Of a stretch of DNA of 40,838 bases, positions 1 through 9,412 are shown piece after piece. This DNA is from Abditibacteriaceae bacterium. Its GTDB lineage: Bacteria > Armatimonadota > Abditibacteriia > Abditibacteriales > Abditibacteriaceae. A program made the translations under genes and the position numbers. Within the stretch, counting starts at the first letter, position 1. Every line of letters starts with the position of its first letter. The notes under the pieces are model-generated. The model was not told where the DNA came from and did not search any database. It saw nothing but the letters and a program-made list of their open reading frames with translations. Location: NCBI GenBank assembly GCA_036399215.1, contig DASWNL010000147.1, positions 1-40,838 of the forward strand. The letters run 5' to 3'.

Positions 1-675
1 GAACAGGCGCTGGAGATTGCCGACACGTTGATGCGTTCGGGCGCTATTGATTTGGTTGTTATTGACTCTGTGGCGGCCCTGGTGCCACGCTCCGAAGTCG
101 AAGGTGAAATGGGCGACATCCAAGTTGGCACGATGGCGCGCATGATGAGCCAGGGTTGCCGCAAATTGGCCGGCACAGCAGGGCGCTCCAACACGACAGT
201 AATTTTCATTAACCAGATTCGTGAAAAAGTTGGCGTGATTTATGGTTCGCCTGAAACAACGCCGGGCGGGCGGGCTTTGAAGTTCTTTGCCAGCGTGCGC
301 TTGCGCGTGTCGCGCAGCGAAGCGATTAAAAATGGCGCCGAGCAGATCGGCAATCGCACCAAGGTTAGCGTGCTGAAGAACAAGATTGCGCCACCTTTCC
401 GTGATGCGGAGTTTGACCTGGTGTTCGGCAAGGGCATCAACAAATACGGCGACATTTTGGATTTAGCAGTGCAAAAAGGCTTTATTCAAAAAGGCGGCGC
501 CTGGTTTACCGTTGGCGATGAACGCTTTCAAGGCCGCGATAATGCGCGTCAGTATTTGCAGGACAATCCTGAGATTGCCGCCGGCTTTGAAACCCAAATC
601 CGCGATGCTTTCGGCTTGAATGGAAAACCCGCAGCCGAAGTCGCCGAGAAGAACGGAAAACCGGACAAGGAGTAG
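1..675 (+). CDS. recA: Recombinase RecA, C-terminal ~224 aa (5' end cut by window edge)
   Basis: Frame 1 is open from base 1 ([30 protein letters not shown]...). Canonical RecA motifs are present: [50 protein letters not shown]. Stop at 673-675. Confidence 0.97.
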   Translation, partial: EQALEIADTLMRSGAIDLVVIDSVAALVPRSEVEGEMGDIQVGTMARMMSQGCRKLAGTAGRSNTTVIFINQIREKVGVIYGSPETTPGGRALKFFASVRLRVSRSEAIKNGAEQIGNRTKVSVLKNKIAPPFRDAEFDLVFGKGINKYGDILDLAVQKGFIQKGGAWFTVGDERFQGRDNARQYLQDNPEIAAGFETQIRDAFGLNGKPAAEVAEKNGKPDKE

Positions 676-683
676 TGCGAGAT

Positions 684-716
684 ATGAATTGCGGAATAAA
701 AAATTCTGCAATTCAT
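684..716 (+). terminator. Hairpin just after the recA stop (atgaattgcGgaat-aaaaa-attcTgcaattcat); possible terminator or attenuator
   Basis: 14-nt arms with a single G:T (G-U in RNA) position, read directly. There is no clear downstream T-run, so the function is uncertain. Confidence 0.3.
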
Positions 717-760
717 GTTCACTATTCCGCATTAGAATGCGTGCGAGGGAGGAAAACACA

Positions 761-1294
761 ATGGCTTTACGACTTTTGAATTTGGATAGCCGCACGCGGC
801 GTTTCATGTTGGACGAGTTGGAACATGATGTTGAGCGCGGCGAGTTGTATTTCAGCCCGCGCCTTAGTGAGCGTGGACGGCGCGATTACGAAAGCCTGAT
901 GCGCGCCGCAATTGAAAGCCTGAATGATGTGCTTTTGGCTGATAGCCTGCGCGTTAATGACCGCTTAAAGAATTGGGAAGAACGCCACGTCAAAAACGGC
1001 GGCGTGATGGAAGTGAAAGTGCCGTTTACGGCTGCCGATACTTTAGCGGAAGGCGAATTCAATCGTTATTATGTGCGCGGCGTTTGTCGCCGGGCATTGG
1101 ACGAAGGCGATGGTGAAGTGATTGTTTATCGCGCCAAGCAACCAAACCGCCCTCGTCCGCAAAGCGAAGCGATTTTAGGGCGCCGTATAGATGCCGAAGA
1201 ACTGCTGAACGATTTGCGCTCCCATCATGGCGAACAACCGCAGTTGGGCATTCCACCCGGCCCCAATTCGGGCCTCAGCGTAAAATTGCCGTAG
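761..1294 (+). CDS. Hypothetical protein, 177 aa, no family recognised
   Basis: ATG at 761 is preceded by gagggagg (747-754). The upstream part of tracked ORF 620..1294 overlaps recA and is probably not translated. A strong terminator follows. Confidence 0.7.
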   Translation: MALRLLNLDSRTRRFMLDELEHDVERGELYFSPRLSERGRRDYESLMRAAIESLNDVLLADSLRVNDRLKNWEERHVKNGGVMEVKVPFTAADTLAEGEFNRYYVRGVCRRALDEGDGEVIVYRAKQPNRPRPQSEAILGRRIDAEELLNDLRSHHGEQPQLGIPPGPNSGLSVKLP

Positions 1295-1300
1295 AAGATA

Positions 1301-1346
1301 AAAGAAAAAGCCTTGCAAACAAATCAGTTTGCAAGGCTTTTTCTTT
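1301..1346. terminator. Bidirectional intrinsic terminator between convergent genes
   Basis: Perfect 20-bp stem aaagaaaaagccttgcaaac / gtttgcaaggctttttcttt with a 6-nt loop. A/T-rich runs lie on both sides. Confidence 0.8.
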
Positions 1347-1885
1347 TATCCAGCCAGCGGCACGCCGGCGTTTTTTAATATCGCATCGAAAACGGTCTGT
1401 GCTTCGGGATTGATCGCTTGGTTGTATTTTTGTGTGGGAGACGTAAATTGACGGCATGCAAAGCAGATAACGAAATCGTAGCTTTTGCCATTGTTTTGCA
1501 CGCGCAGGGCGTGGCGTGGCTCAAAGCATAGCATCGTGCCGCCAGATCTTGAAATGCCTTCATAAAACGCTTGGAGCAAGACATTTTTCTGCGTGCCGCT
1601 GACGGCTGTTTTGCCCAGCACGACCCAGGAGCCAAACTTTTCCTTCCCGGCAGCCGCAGGCGAAGCAGATAAGGCATGAGGCGAAATCGAATAGAGCGTA
1701 ACTTGCGGCGTCGCTTGCAAAGCGCGCAAAGGCGCCGTGCCTAAAGCAGCCGTTACTTTAGTGGATGGCACAGGCGCTTTGGCTTGTTCAATGGTGATGG
1801 AATTCCGTCGCGCAACGGCGAATCCGGCACCAATAATAAAACTAAGTGCGATCAGCGCAAATAAACGACTGCGATTCGTTTTCAT
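1346..1885 (-). CDS. Hypothetical secreted or membrane-anchored protein, 179 aa
   Basis: N-terminal signal/anchor MKTNRSRLFALIALSFIIGAGFAVA; C-terminal CFEPRH...ICFAC cysteines; no family recognised. Confidence 0.65.
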   Translation of the reverse strand: MKTNRSRLFALIALSFIIGAGFAVARRNSITIEQAKAPVPSTKVTAALGTAPLRALQATPQVTLYSISPHALSASPAAAGKEKFGSWVVLGKTAVSGTQKNVLLQAFYEGISRSGGTMLCFEPRHALRVQNNGKSYDFVICFACRQFTSPTQKYNQAINPEAQTVFDAILKNAGVPLAG

Positions 1886-1952
1886 ATTTTCTTTTACATC
1901 CTGTCAACTTTAAGAGTTCATCGCCAATGGCTAAGTTCACCACGTAATTTTC

Positions 1953-1991
1953 AACAAAACGCCCCGCGAATTTTTCGCGGGGCGTTTTGTT
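1953..1991. terminator. Intrinsic terminator downstream of the beta-helix gene
   Basis: Palindrome acaaaacgccccgcgaa-ttt-ttcgcggggcgttttgt, flanked by A/T runs, lying 27 nt past the stop codon at 2018. Confidence 0.75.
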
Positions 1992-2017
1992 GTGATCGAA
2001 TGCTGCCAGGCCTGTTC

Positions 2018-5000
2018 TTAAAACGGTGGCGGTGGTGGCGCTTGTTGTTCAAAAGCACCAACATCTACTTGGCCGTTAGAGATACGGTTAAAGCCACGTT
2101 GGTCGGTGGACAACAAGCCGCCACTGGTTTCTCCACCAGAATTAAGAGCCGGGCTATTCTCTAAAAGGGCGCGCGTTGGGGTTGGCCCGCCATTATTGGC
2201 CAGCGGCCCTAAGCGTGGATCAATGCGCCCCGTCGTGCCAACCTGGTCGGTGCTGTTATGAAAGCCGCTGCTACCTGTAACAATGCCAATCAGGTTAAAG
2301 CCGTGCGAAATGAATGAGCCGAAAACGTCTTGACCCGGTTGTCCAGGAGCGGCGAAGTTAGTGGCAATAATGGAGTTGCCCACGCTGGTAACGGCCTGAC
2401 TGCTGCTAAACACACCACCTCCACTGCCATTGGGCGCCACATTGGAAGCAATGGTCGCGTTGGAAATGGTTACATTGCCGCCATCGTTATAGATGCCGCC
2501 GCCACCTTGATCACCCGCGTCGCCGTTAGCGCGATTGCTACTAAGTGTGCATGTGTTCACTTCCAGGAATCCAGTCGCTGAATTCCACAAGCCACCACCT
2601 TCATCGGCGACATTTCCAGTAACCGTGCTTTTAAGAAGCCGCACACTGCCATCGCCGGTAATATGCAAACCGCCGCCATTGCCGGGCGCAGTGCCGGCAT
2701 TGTTACCTTGCAGGATGCTGTTAGTAATGTCCATGAAGACGCCGGCATTATCTTCAATGGCGCCACCGGCGCGATTGGCCGAGTTGCTGTAGAAGTGACA
2801 GGAGTCCATGAATACCTTGCCGCCATTATTCAGCAATCCACCGCCGCTACCAAAGGTGCCGGTAGTGATGTTCTCTCTAATAGAGCAGCCCCTCAGTTGC
2901 AATTCGCCGCCATCATTGAAAATACCGCCGCCACCCTGATCGGCGCCTTCACCTGCGGCTACATTATTGTTGATGTCCGCACTAACGATTAAAGTGCCCG
3001 CACTGGAATTCCATAAGCCGCCGCCTTCCTGGCCTGCTGTGTTAGATTGGGTGCTGCCATACGTTATGGTAGCGATTCCGGCGCCGCTGATATGCAAGCC
3101 ACCGCCATTAATGCCGGCGCTGTTAGCGAATAGCCCGGTCAGGGAAAGGTCAACACGTCCGCCATTGTTTTCGATGCCCCCGCCGGCACGGTTGGCGCGG
3201 TTGCGATTAATCTGACTCGCGTATATCGTTAAGAACCCGTTACTGGAGTTAAGAATTGCGCCACCGCTGCCCGAAGCGCCGATGTCAGCGCGATTATTGG
3301 TGATCCTGGTGGTGCGTACGTTCATAGTGCCATCGTTAAAGATGCCGCCACCACCGTTGCCAATCTCACCGGCGCTGGCCGTGTTGGCGTTGATTGTGGC
3401 GCTTGTAATGGTAACAGTTCCGCCATCGTTGAACACGCCGCCGCCACCCTGATTCGTTGCGTCGCCATTGGCAGTGTTGCCGGAGATATTAGTGGCCTGA
3501 GTGCTGCTGCTCTGCACCGTCATAGTGCCGATGTTAGAGTTCCATAGGCCGCCACCTTCCTGGCCTGCTGTGTTTCTGGTGATGGTGCAACCGTTGATGG
3601 TTGCACGGCCCGCGCCGCTGGTATGATAGCCGCCTCCATTGATGTCTGTCTGATTGAAAGAGAGCACGGTATTAACGAGCAGAACTTCACCACCATTATT
3701 TTCAATGCCGCCTCCGGCGCGATTGGCCTCATTAGCAACAATGTTCCCGCCATGCATTCTCAAACTCCCGCCAATCGAATTAAAAATGCCGCCGCCACTA
3801 CCGAGTTCGCCAACATTGGCGCGGTTATTGTTGATACTGCAATTGTTCAGGGTCATTGAGCCACCATTATAAAGGCCGCCACCACCCTCGCCGCTGATAG
3901 TTGTTCCCGCGCTGACAATATTACGCAGAATGTTGGCGTTAGTGATGATAACTTCCCCGCCATCGTTGTAAACGCCACCACCACCTTCGCCTCCGGCAAT
4001 GGTGCCGTTGGCCTTGTTGCCGTCAATGATGCTGGCGCGCCCGCTGCTTTGAATGGTCATGGCGCCGGTGTTAGAGTTCCACAACCCGCCACCTTCTCGT
4101 CCGGCGGTGTTGCCGGTCACTGATATGCCGCTGGCAATAAGTTGCCCGGCGCCGCTGGTATGAAAACCACCGCCGTAGTCGCCGGTTATGTTGTTGCGCA
4201 GGTTAGTGTCGATTAAAGCCACAGTGCCGGCGTTATTTTCGATGCCGCCCCCGGCACGATTGGCTGTGTTGTTGTCTATGTTGCTGTTGATGACTGTTAA
4301 AGTGCCACCGTCAGAGTTAAGAATGCCGCCCCCGTTGGCCAGCTCGAAGGCGGCGAAATTGCCAGTGATATTACATCCAACCACAGTAAGTGAACCGTCG
4401 TTGAAGATGCCGCCGCCGCCGTTGCCGATGCTGGTTCCTGTGGAGAAGTTACCTGTCACACTGGCACCCGACACGATAACCGTGCCGCCATCATTGAAGA
4501 TGCCGCCTCCGCCTTGCTCGGTTTCGCTTCCATTAGCTGAGTTGGACGCGATGCCCGTAGCGCGGCGTGTGGCGCTGCCTTGGATTGTCATCGAGCCGGT
4601 GGCTGAGTTCCACAGGCCGCCGCCTTCCTTAAGCGCTCGGTTGCCGTTGATGACGCAGCCATTAACCGTCATGCGTCCGGCGCCACTGGTGTGCAAGCCG
4701 CCGCCGTTGAAGCCTGCAGTGTTGTTGCGCAGGAAAACATCCGTCAGTGTGACGGTTCCGGCATTGTTTTCGATGCCGCCCCCGGCGCGGCCCGCGTTGT
4801 TGGTGGTTATCGTGCCGCCATGAGCCACGAAAGAAGCGCCCGGCGCCACCAAAACGCCACCGCCATTGGCGCCAATATCGGCGCCAAAGGCGCGGTTGCC
4901 GCTAATCACTACATTGGTAACTGTAGTCCGCCCGCCGTTAACGGCTAAACCGCCGCCACCATCATTCAGCGCCGTGCCCGCAGTGCGACTGCCGCTAATT

Positions 5001-5437
5001 CTGCCGCCGCTGATATTGAGAATGCCAACACTTAAAATGCCACCACCGCGCCCCGGTGTGGGTGATGAGGCAGGGTTGCCGTTTAGAATCAGCAGGTTAT
5101 TCAAATTGACCGGCGCCGCCGATGTGCCGCCGCCAATGGAAAAAACACGACTGGCGTTGTTGGCGTTAATCGTCGCCGGGCCATTAATTGTGACCGGCGC
5201 GGTAATTATCAATTGCGTGCCACCTAAAACCACGTTAAAGGCGCTGGAAAAATTAATAATGTCGGCATCGACATTAGCATTGGCCACAGCAATCGCTTCG
5301 CGCAGCGAGCAATCGGCATTGCAAGTGCCATCATTTGTGTCCGCCTGTTTGGTAACGGTAAAAGTCGCCGCTTGAACAGGCCCAATCAAGGCCCACATTA
5401 GTGGCAGTAAAAGAAACAGTAAAAGTTTTCGACTCAT
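2018..5437 (-). CDS. Secreted parallel beta-helix repeat protein, 1139 aa, with an N-terminal CSLREA motif and a C-terminal choice-of-anchor-Q-like domain
   Basis: Signal peptide MSRKLLLFLLLPLMWALIGPVQA. CSLREAI at aa 43-49. Dozens of GGG(I/L/V)xN beta-helix coils. C-terminal PRLGPLANNGGPTPTRALLENSPALNSG...DQRGFNR...VDVGAFE. Family names are from memory of the NCBIfam CSLREA_Nterm and choice-of-anchor Q models. Confidence 0.88.
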   Translation of the reverse strand: MSRKLLLFLLLPLMWALIGPVQAATFTVTKQADTNDGTCNADCSLREAIAVANANVDADIINFSSAFNVVLGGTQLIITAPVTINGPATINANNASRVFSIGGGTSAAPVNLNNLLILNGNPASSPTPGRGGGILSVGILNISGGRISGSRTAGTALNDGGGGLAVNGGRTTVTNVVISGNRAFGADIGANGGGVLVAPGASFVAHGGTITTNNAGRAGGGIENNAGTVTLTDVFLRNNTAGFNGGGLHTSGAGRMTVNGCVINGNRALKEGGGLWNSATGSMTIQGSATRRATGIASNSANGSETEQGGGGIFNDGGTVIVSGASVTGNFSTGTSIGNGGGGIFNDGSLTVVGCNITGNFAAFELANGGGILNSDGGTLTVINSNIDNNTANRAGGGIENNAGTVALIDTNLRNNITGDYGGGFHTSGAGQLIASGISVTGNTAGREGGGLWNSNTGAMTIQSSGRASIIDGNKANGTIAGGEGGGGVYNDGGEVIITNANILRNIVSAGTTISGEGGGGLYNGGSMTLNNCSINNNRANVGELGSGGGIFNSIGGSLRMHGGNIVANEANRAGGGIENNGGEVLLVNTVLSFNQTDINGGGYHTSGAGRATINGCTITRNTAGQEGGGLWNSNIGTMTVQSSSTQATNISGNTANGDATNQGGGGVFNDGGTVTITSATINANTASAGEIGNGGGGIFNDGTMNVRTTRITNNRADIGASGSGGAILNSSNGFLTIYASQINRNRANRAGGGIENNGGRVDLSLTGLFANSAGINGGGLHISGAGIATITYGSTQSNTAGQEGGGLWNSSAGTLIVSADINNNVAAGEGADQGGGGIFNDGGELQLRGCSIRENITTGTFGSGGGLLNNGGKVFMDSCHFYSNSANRAGGAIEDNAGVFMDITNSILQGNNAGTAPGNGGGLHITGDGSVRLLKSTVTGNVADEGGGLWNSATGFLEVNTCTLSSNRANGDAGDQGGGGIYNDGGNVTISNATIASNVAPNGSGGGVFSSSQAVTSVGNSIIATNFAAPGQPGQDVFGSFISHGFNLIGIVTGSSGFHNSTDQVGTTGRIDPRLGPLANNGGPTPTRALLENSPALNSGGETSGGLLSTDQRGFNRISNGQVDVGAFEQQAPPPPPF
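2402..4798 (-). repeat. Five tandem ~150-190-aa modules inside the beta-helix gene
   Basis: Each module restarts with ANRAGGGIENN(A/G)G, then NGGG(L/F/Y)H(T/I)SGAG, (K/R/Q)EGGGLWNS, QGGGGI(F/Y)NDGG. Boundaries are approximate. Confidence 0.8.
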
Positions 5438-5970
5438 GATAAAACTCCTGCCAAAGACTTTAAAAGTCTTTGGCCCGTCAGATTGTTCTCCATCTCAGCC
5501 ATCATTTGTGGCAATCACTTGATTGGCAAGCGCTTAGCTTGACTCGACAGGCAATCGTTGGGGCTGGTCAGATAAAGCGAGGGAATAAAATGTCACGTGG
5601 AAAAGGTTTTGTGCATAAAGCAGCAGAGTGGTGTTCTGGATAGGAGGTGGACGACTGCGAAAATCAATCATAGTCAGTCTCTAAAAACGCCGTTGCAATT
5701 TTCACAGCAGCCTACATTCCCAGATAAAGAAACGATCCTGCCCGGAATGCGCGGTCTTCGGACAAATCACAAACCCAACGAAGGGAATTCTTAAGTGAAC
5801 GTTCGTTGCCTGACACCCTATGCTCTTGGAGGGTATTCTATCAGTCTCAGTAGAAATGCTACAGGCTATCTGCCGTTCATCCCTGGCCCTTTTAGAATGA
5901 AGGCTAAAGTGCAAGACCAGACTGCCCTGAGACTTGAACCCATTCATCTCACGCGGCGAAACTGCATTTC

Positions 5971-6831
5971 ATGCGCGCTTTTTTGAGTCGTTCTTTGCAC
6001 CGCTATTTTTCCTTTCTGCCGCCAACAACAAGATTAATCGTGCGGCGGCGTCTCGAAGATGCAGCGCCAGCGCTTTTGTTTCATCTCAATGCAGCGCGCC
6101 GCCATCAAACTCAGCGCGAATTGCGCGCTTGCAAAACTGTTGAAGAGTATCTGGCTTTTACGCAACGTCATTTAGGCACTGGCTCAATTCAGCGGGTGCG
6201 AGAAATCGAAGGTGCGCTATGGTTTTTACAAGAGGAACTAAAAGACAAACTGCCGCTTCATGTTTGTGAAATCGGCACCGAATACGGCGGCACCAATTTA
6301 TTGTTGGGTCATGCACTGCCAAATGTTGAATTGTTAATCGGTGTTGACCTCTGGGTAAAGCACGCGCCGCAGTTGCACGCTTTCAAACCGCAAAATCAAG
6401 AGTTGCATCTGGTAAACGGTTCATCGTATGCACATAAAACAGTTGAGCGCGTGGCCGAGTTGTTAAATGGCCGCTTGCTGGATGTGCTCTTTATAGACGG
6501 CGATCATTGTTATGAAGGCGTGAAGAACGATTTTTTGCTTTATCGCCAATTCGTGCGTGAAGGCGGCTTCATTTTACTGCACGATATTGTGCCGGATGAC
6601 AAAGCCCGTTTTGGAAGGGCAACCACATCGTGGGCTGGCGGTGTGCCGCTTTTATGGCATCGCTTGAAAGCGTTTTATTCGCACCATGAATGGGTTCAAG
6701 AACCGCAGCAGGACGGATTAGGCATTGGCGCCCTGCGTTATGATCCGTCCATTGAGTTGCCCGATGAGTTCACCAATAGCCACGATGATGACGCGATTTA
6801 TCCAACGTTGACTTTTGAAAAAACGGTTTGA
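5971..6831 (+). CDS. Class I SAM-dependent methyltransferase (Methyltransf_24/CmcI-like)
   Basis: VCEIGTEYGGTNLLLG (SAM-binding G-rich loop), LFIDGDHCYEGVKNDF, GGFILLHDI. There is no obvious SD, so the start is uncertain. Confidence 0.7.
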   Translation: MRAFLSRSLHRYFSFLPPTTRLIVRRRLEDAAPALLFHLNAARRHQTQRELRACKTVEEYLAFTQRHLGTGSIQRVREIEGALWFLQEELKDKLPLHVCEIGTEYGGTNLLLGHALPNVELLIGVDLWVKHAPQLHAFKPQNQELHLVNGSSYAHKTVERVAELLNGRLLDVLFIDGDHCYEGVKNDFLLYRQFVREGGFILLHDIVPDDKARFGRATTSWAGGVPLLWHRLKAFYSHHEWVQEPQQDGLGIGALRYDPSIELPDEFTNSHDDDAIYPTLTFEKTV

Positions 6832-6835
6832 CGGT

Positions 6836-7468
6836 TTAGCCCCGGCGCATGAGAGTAGTGCGGCGTGCTTGCCAGAGAATAGCTATCGTAGTAACAACCG
6901 TGCCGATGATAAACGCCAGCGCGATAGCCTGGGGGAACCACGGCTTGTCTTTGATTTCGGCACCAACCAAATGTGTGGGCAGACCGAAGCCGACAACTGT
7001 TAAAGCCACACCGATGGCATCGAAAAACGCGAATTTGGCATAGGGAAGATTGGCCAAGCCGGCGCCCATTCCCACCCAGCGGCCAATGATGGGCACGTAG
7101 CGGCCAAAAGTCACGGCCCAAACGCCTTTACCGCGCATGGCGGCCTCAGCCTTTTCCAAAGCCATAGCCCATTTCGGAAAACGCCCGCCGATTTTATTGA
7201 CTAAAGGCCGCCCGCCTTTAAGCCCTACCCAATACATCGCATGATCAAACAGCGAAAGCGCCGCAAATCCATAAAGCATCATGCCCCAGATGTTAAGATT
7301 GGCCGCGCCGGCGAACAGAATCAAAAATATCCACGCCCACGGCACGCCCGCCGGGTCAACTAAAAGTGCGGGAACTACAGCGTGAAAGCCATATTCGCCG
7401 ACCCAAAACTCCGCTTTGTCATGACCTGCTTTCAGGGCGTGATTAACCCATTCAACGATTGGCTCCAC
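6836..7468 (-). CDS. DedA/VTT-family integral membrane protein (210 aa)
   Basis: FGRYVPIIGRWVGMGAGLANLPYAKFAFFDAIG is typical of DedA. I place the start at GTG 7468, with AGGAG 5 nt upstream overlapping the stop of the preceding gene. The tracked ORF start at 7594 would overlap that gene by 118 nt. Confidence 0.75.
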   Translation of the reverse strand: MEPIVEWVNHALKAGHDKAEFWVGEYGFHAVVPALLVDPAGVPWAWIFLILFAGAANLNIWGMMLYGFAALSLFDHAMYWVGLKGGRPLVNKIGGRFPKWAMALEKAEAAMRGKGVWAVTFGRYVPIIGRWVGMGAGLANLPYAKFAFFDAIGVALTVVGFGLPTHLVGAEIKDKPWFPQAIALAFIIGTVVTTIAILWQARRTTLMRRG

Positions 7469-7476
7469 GTAAGCTC

Positions 7477-8673
7477 CTAATGATTGAAGGCTTGCTGCAA
7501 ATCCGCGATTATGTCGTTCACATCTTCGATGCCCGCCGAAAAGCGCACGACGCCTGCTGTCAGGCCGATTTGCTTCATTCGCGCATCGCTCCAACCGCGA
7601 TGACTGGCAATGGGCGGATACGAAACTTCGCTTTGCACATCGCCCAGAGTCGTCGCTGGTTTAATTAAGCGCAACGCATCCATGAAACGGAAAACGTCAT
7701 CGCGCGCGGCGCCTTCGACTTCAAAAGCTAACATGGCGCCAAATAAGTTTTCACCACTCATCGGTTGCAACAAGCGCGCCGTTAATTGATGTTGCGGATG
7801 CGTTGACAGGCCCGGATAGAACACGCGGCTGATGCTTTTCTGCTGGCTAAGCCAATGGGCTAATTGCGCGGCATTGCGGCATTGTTCGCGCAAACGTAAA
7901 ACCAGAGTTTTGAGGCCGCGCGCCATAAGAAAGGCTTCAAAGGGGCTAAGAATTGCGCCGCCCAAACGCATGGCGCTTCGTAACGCCCCCGCTAAATTTT
8001 CATCACGCACACTAACTACGCCGCCTGTTGCATCGCCGTGACCTCCAAAATATTTCGTGGCCGAATGCAAGGCGAAATCGGCGCCACAATCCAAAACTCG
8101 CAAAAGCGGTGGCGGTGTAAATGTGGCGTCTACAATGGTCAGAGTATTTGTTTGTCGTGCCAGTTCGCAAAGCGATTGCACATCAGCCACTTTGATTAAA
8201 GGGTTAGATAACGGCTCGAACACCAAGACACGCGCCTTACTTTGTGAAAGTGATTCGCGCACTGCTTCATTATCGGTTACATCTACGGCTTCCAATTTAA
8301 CGCCAAGCGGAACCAAGAAAGTTTCAATCAACGTATGGCTGGCGCCATAGATTTCGCGCGCAATAAGAACGCAATCGCCGCTTTTGAGATTGCAGGCGAG
8401 CAAAGCACCATGCAGCGCCGCCTGGCCACTACCAAAAGCCACACAAGCAAAAGCATTTTCCAATGTCGCAATGGCTTTTTCCAGCGCCGCAACAGTCGGG
8501 TTGCCGTGCCTCGAATAAACAAAACCCGCACCGCCCAACGCTTCATCTAACTGGGCCATGTCCTCACTTAAAAATGTCGTTGTTGCATAAATTGGTGTGA
8601 TTGAAGGCCGCACGTTTAACGAATCGGTTTCGCCGGCGTGAACGGCTTGTGTGGCAGGAGAAAGTTCATTCAT
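7477..8673 (-). CDS. Cys/Met-metabolism PLP-dependent enzyme (cystathionine gamma-synthase / gamma-lyase / methionine gamma-lyase family)
   Basis: ATQAVHAG, YSRHGNPT and the SATKYFGGHGD PLP-lysine motif. Start chosen at ATG 8673 (MNELSPATQ...), 5 nt after the upstream stop. ATG 8727 is an alternative. Confidence 0.88.
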   Translation of the reverse strand: MNELSPATQAVHAGETDSLNVRPSITPIYATTTFLSEDMAQLDEALGGAGFVYSRHGNPTVAALEKAIATLENAFACVAFGSGQAALHGALLACNLKSGDCVLIAREIYGASHTLIETFLVPLGVKLEAVDVTDNEAVRESLSQSKARVLVFEPLSNPLIKVADVQSLCELARQTNTLTIVDATFTPPPLLRVLDCGADFALHSATKYFGGHGDATGGVVSVRDENLAGALRSAMRLGGAILSPFEAFLMARGLKTLVLRLREQCRNAAQLAHWLSQQKSISRVFYPGLSTHPQHQLTARLLQPMSGENLFGAMLAFEVEGAARDDVFRFMDALRLIKPATTLGDVQSEVSYPPIASHRGWSDARMKQIGLTAGVVRFSAGIEDVNDIIADLQQAFNH

Positions 8674-8678
8674 AGATT

Positions 8679-8954
8679 TCAATGGCACATTTCGCCATAA
8701 TTTGGGCATTTTGGACAGTAAAGCCAAGTATTTCCAAACTCGCGTTTAACAAAACAATGTATGTTTGGAGGATTAGTCTCGATATTGCGGAAGCCTTTGT
8801 TCTTTACCCAAACACGTTTTAATTCTGTTCCATCAATGTTGCAAAACTGCCCTGTTGGGCGGTCGGAAACATTGATTCGATAGCAAGCAAAGACCCCAAA
8901 TATCAAAAAGGCACTGAACAAAATCCATAAATAATCAAAGCGCCATTTTCGCAT
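8679..8954 (-). CDS. Small Cys-rich single-pass membrane protein, 91 aa, hypothetical
   Basis: One TM segment (YLWILFSAFLIFGVFACY) and a C-terminal CPKCPNYGEMCH. Noticeably more AT-rich than its neighbours. It fits the gap between two same-strand genes exactly. Confidence 0.5.
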   Translation of the reverse strand: MRKWRFDYLWILFSAFLIFGVFACYRINVSDRPTGQFCNIDGTELKRVWVKNKGFRNIETNPPNIHCFVKREFGNTWLYCPKCPNYGEMCH

Positions 8955-8965
8955 GATTCATCTCT

Positions 8966-9412
8966 TTACGGAATCTCATAACCCAAAACACGCGCGGATA
9001 GTTTTTTGATGTTTTCCGGTTTGCCTTTAAAAGCGACCCAGCCTTCGCGCGAAGAATTGCGCGGTAAGAAAGCGATTTCAAAATCGGCGAGTTGTGGTTC
9101 TTCACTTCCGCGCTGCATTTCGATTTCGATATGCACGCCTTCGGCGGTCTGCCAGCCTTTATTAGAGGCTTCGACAGACACAATAAAGCTTGGTGCTTCT
9201 TTGGAAAAATTTTGCAAAAGGCGCGGCGTTCCCATCTTCAAGGCGATATGTGGCGGCGATTCTTTAGCTGTTAAAGTTTCGCGACCCAGATAAAACAGTG
9301 TTGCGCCCACCAGTAGCAGGCTGACGGCAAACACGCTCCATTCCAATGGGTTTTTATTCAATTGGGAGTTTTGTGATGAAGGGTTCTTCGATGATTCTTG
9401 TTTTTCGCTCAT
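8966..9412 (-). CDS. Hypothetical single-pass membrane protein, 148 aa (resembles what I recall as TIGR02588)
   Basis: One TM segment (WSVFAVSLLLVGATLFYL) followed by a soluble domain. 4-nt ATGA overlap with the upstream gene suggests translational coupling. Confidence 0.65.
   Translation of the reverse strand: MSEKQESSKNPSSQNSQLNKNPLEWSVFAVSLLLVGATLFYLGRETLTAKESPPHIALKMGTPRLLQNFSKEAPSFIVSVEASNKGWQTAEGVHIEIEMQRGSEEPQLADFEIAFLPRNSSREGWVAFKGKPENIKKLSARVLGYEIP

Noticed and set aside
620-760. N-terminal extension of ORF 620..1294, overlapping the recA 3' end
   Set aside because: The extension overlaps recA by 56 nt, is Arg/Ser-rich low-complexity, and contains the recA-distal hairpin. An ATG with an SD at 761 gives a cleaner gene.
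2330-5375. Series of plus-strand ORFs of 72-211 aa (e.g. 4188..4823) with recurring SMPPPARLA and KMPPPP peptides
   Set aside because: They are antisense shadows of the GGN-rich beta-helix repeats (GGG/GGC codons read as CCN = Pro on the other strand). They have no SDs and are mutually overlapping.
5855-5878. 12-nt identity (gctacaggctat) between 5861 and the left flank of the MITE at 30300
   Set aside because: For a 41-kb window compared against itself on both strands, dozens of 12-mer matches are expected by chance. The flanking sequence does not align.
7469-7594. N-terminal extension of the DedA ORF to 7594
   Set aside because: It would overlap the upstream PLP-enzyme gene by 118 nt. GTG 7468 has an AGGAG SD at ideal spacing, and the DedA homology starts after it.
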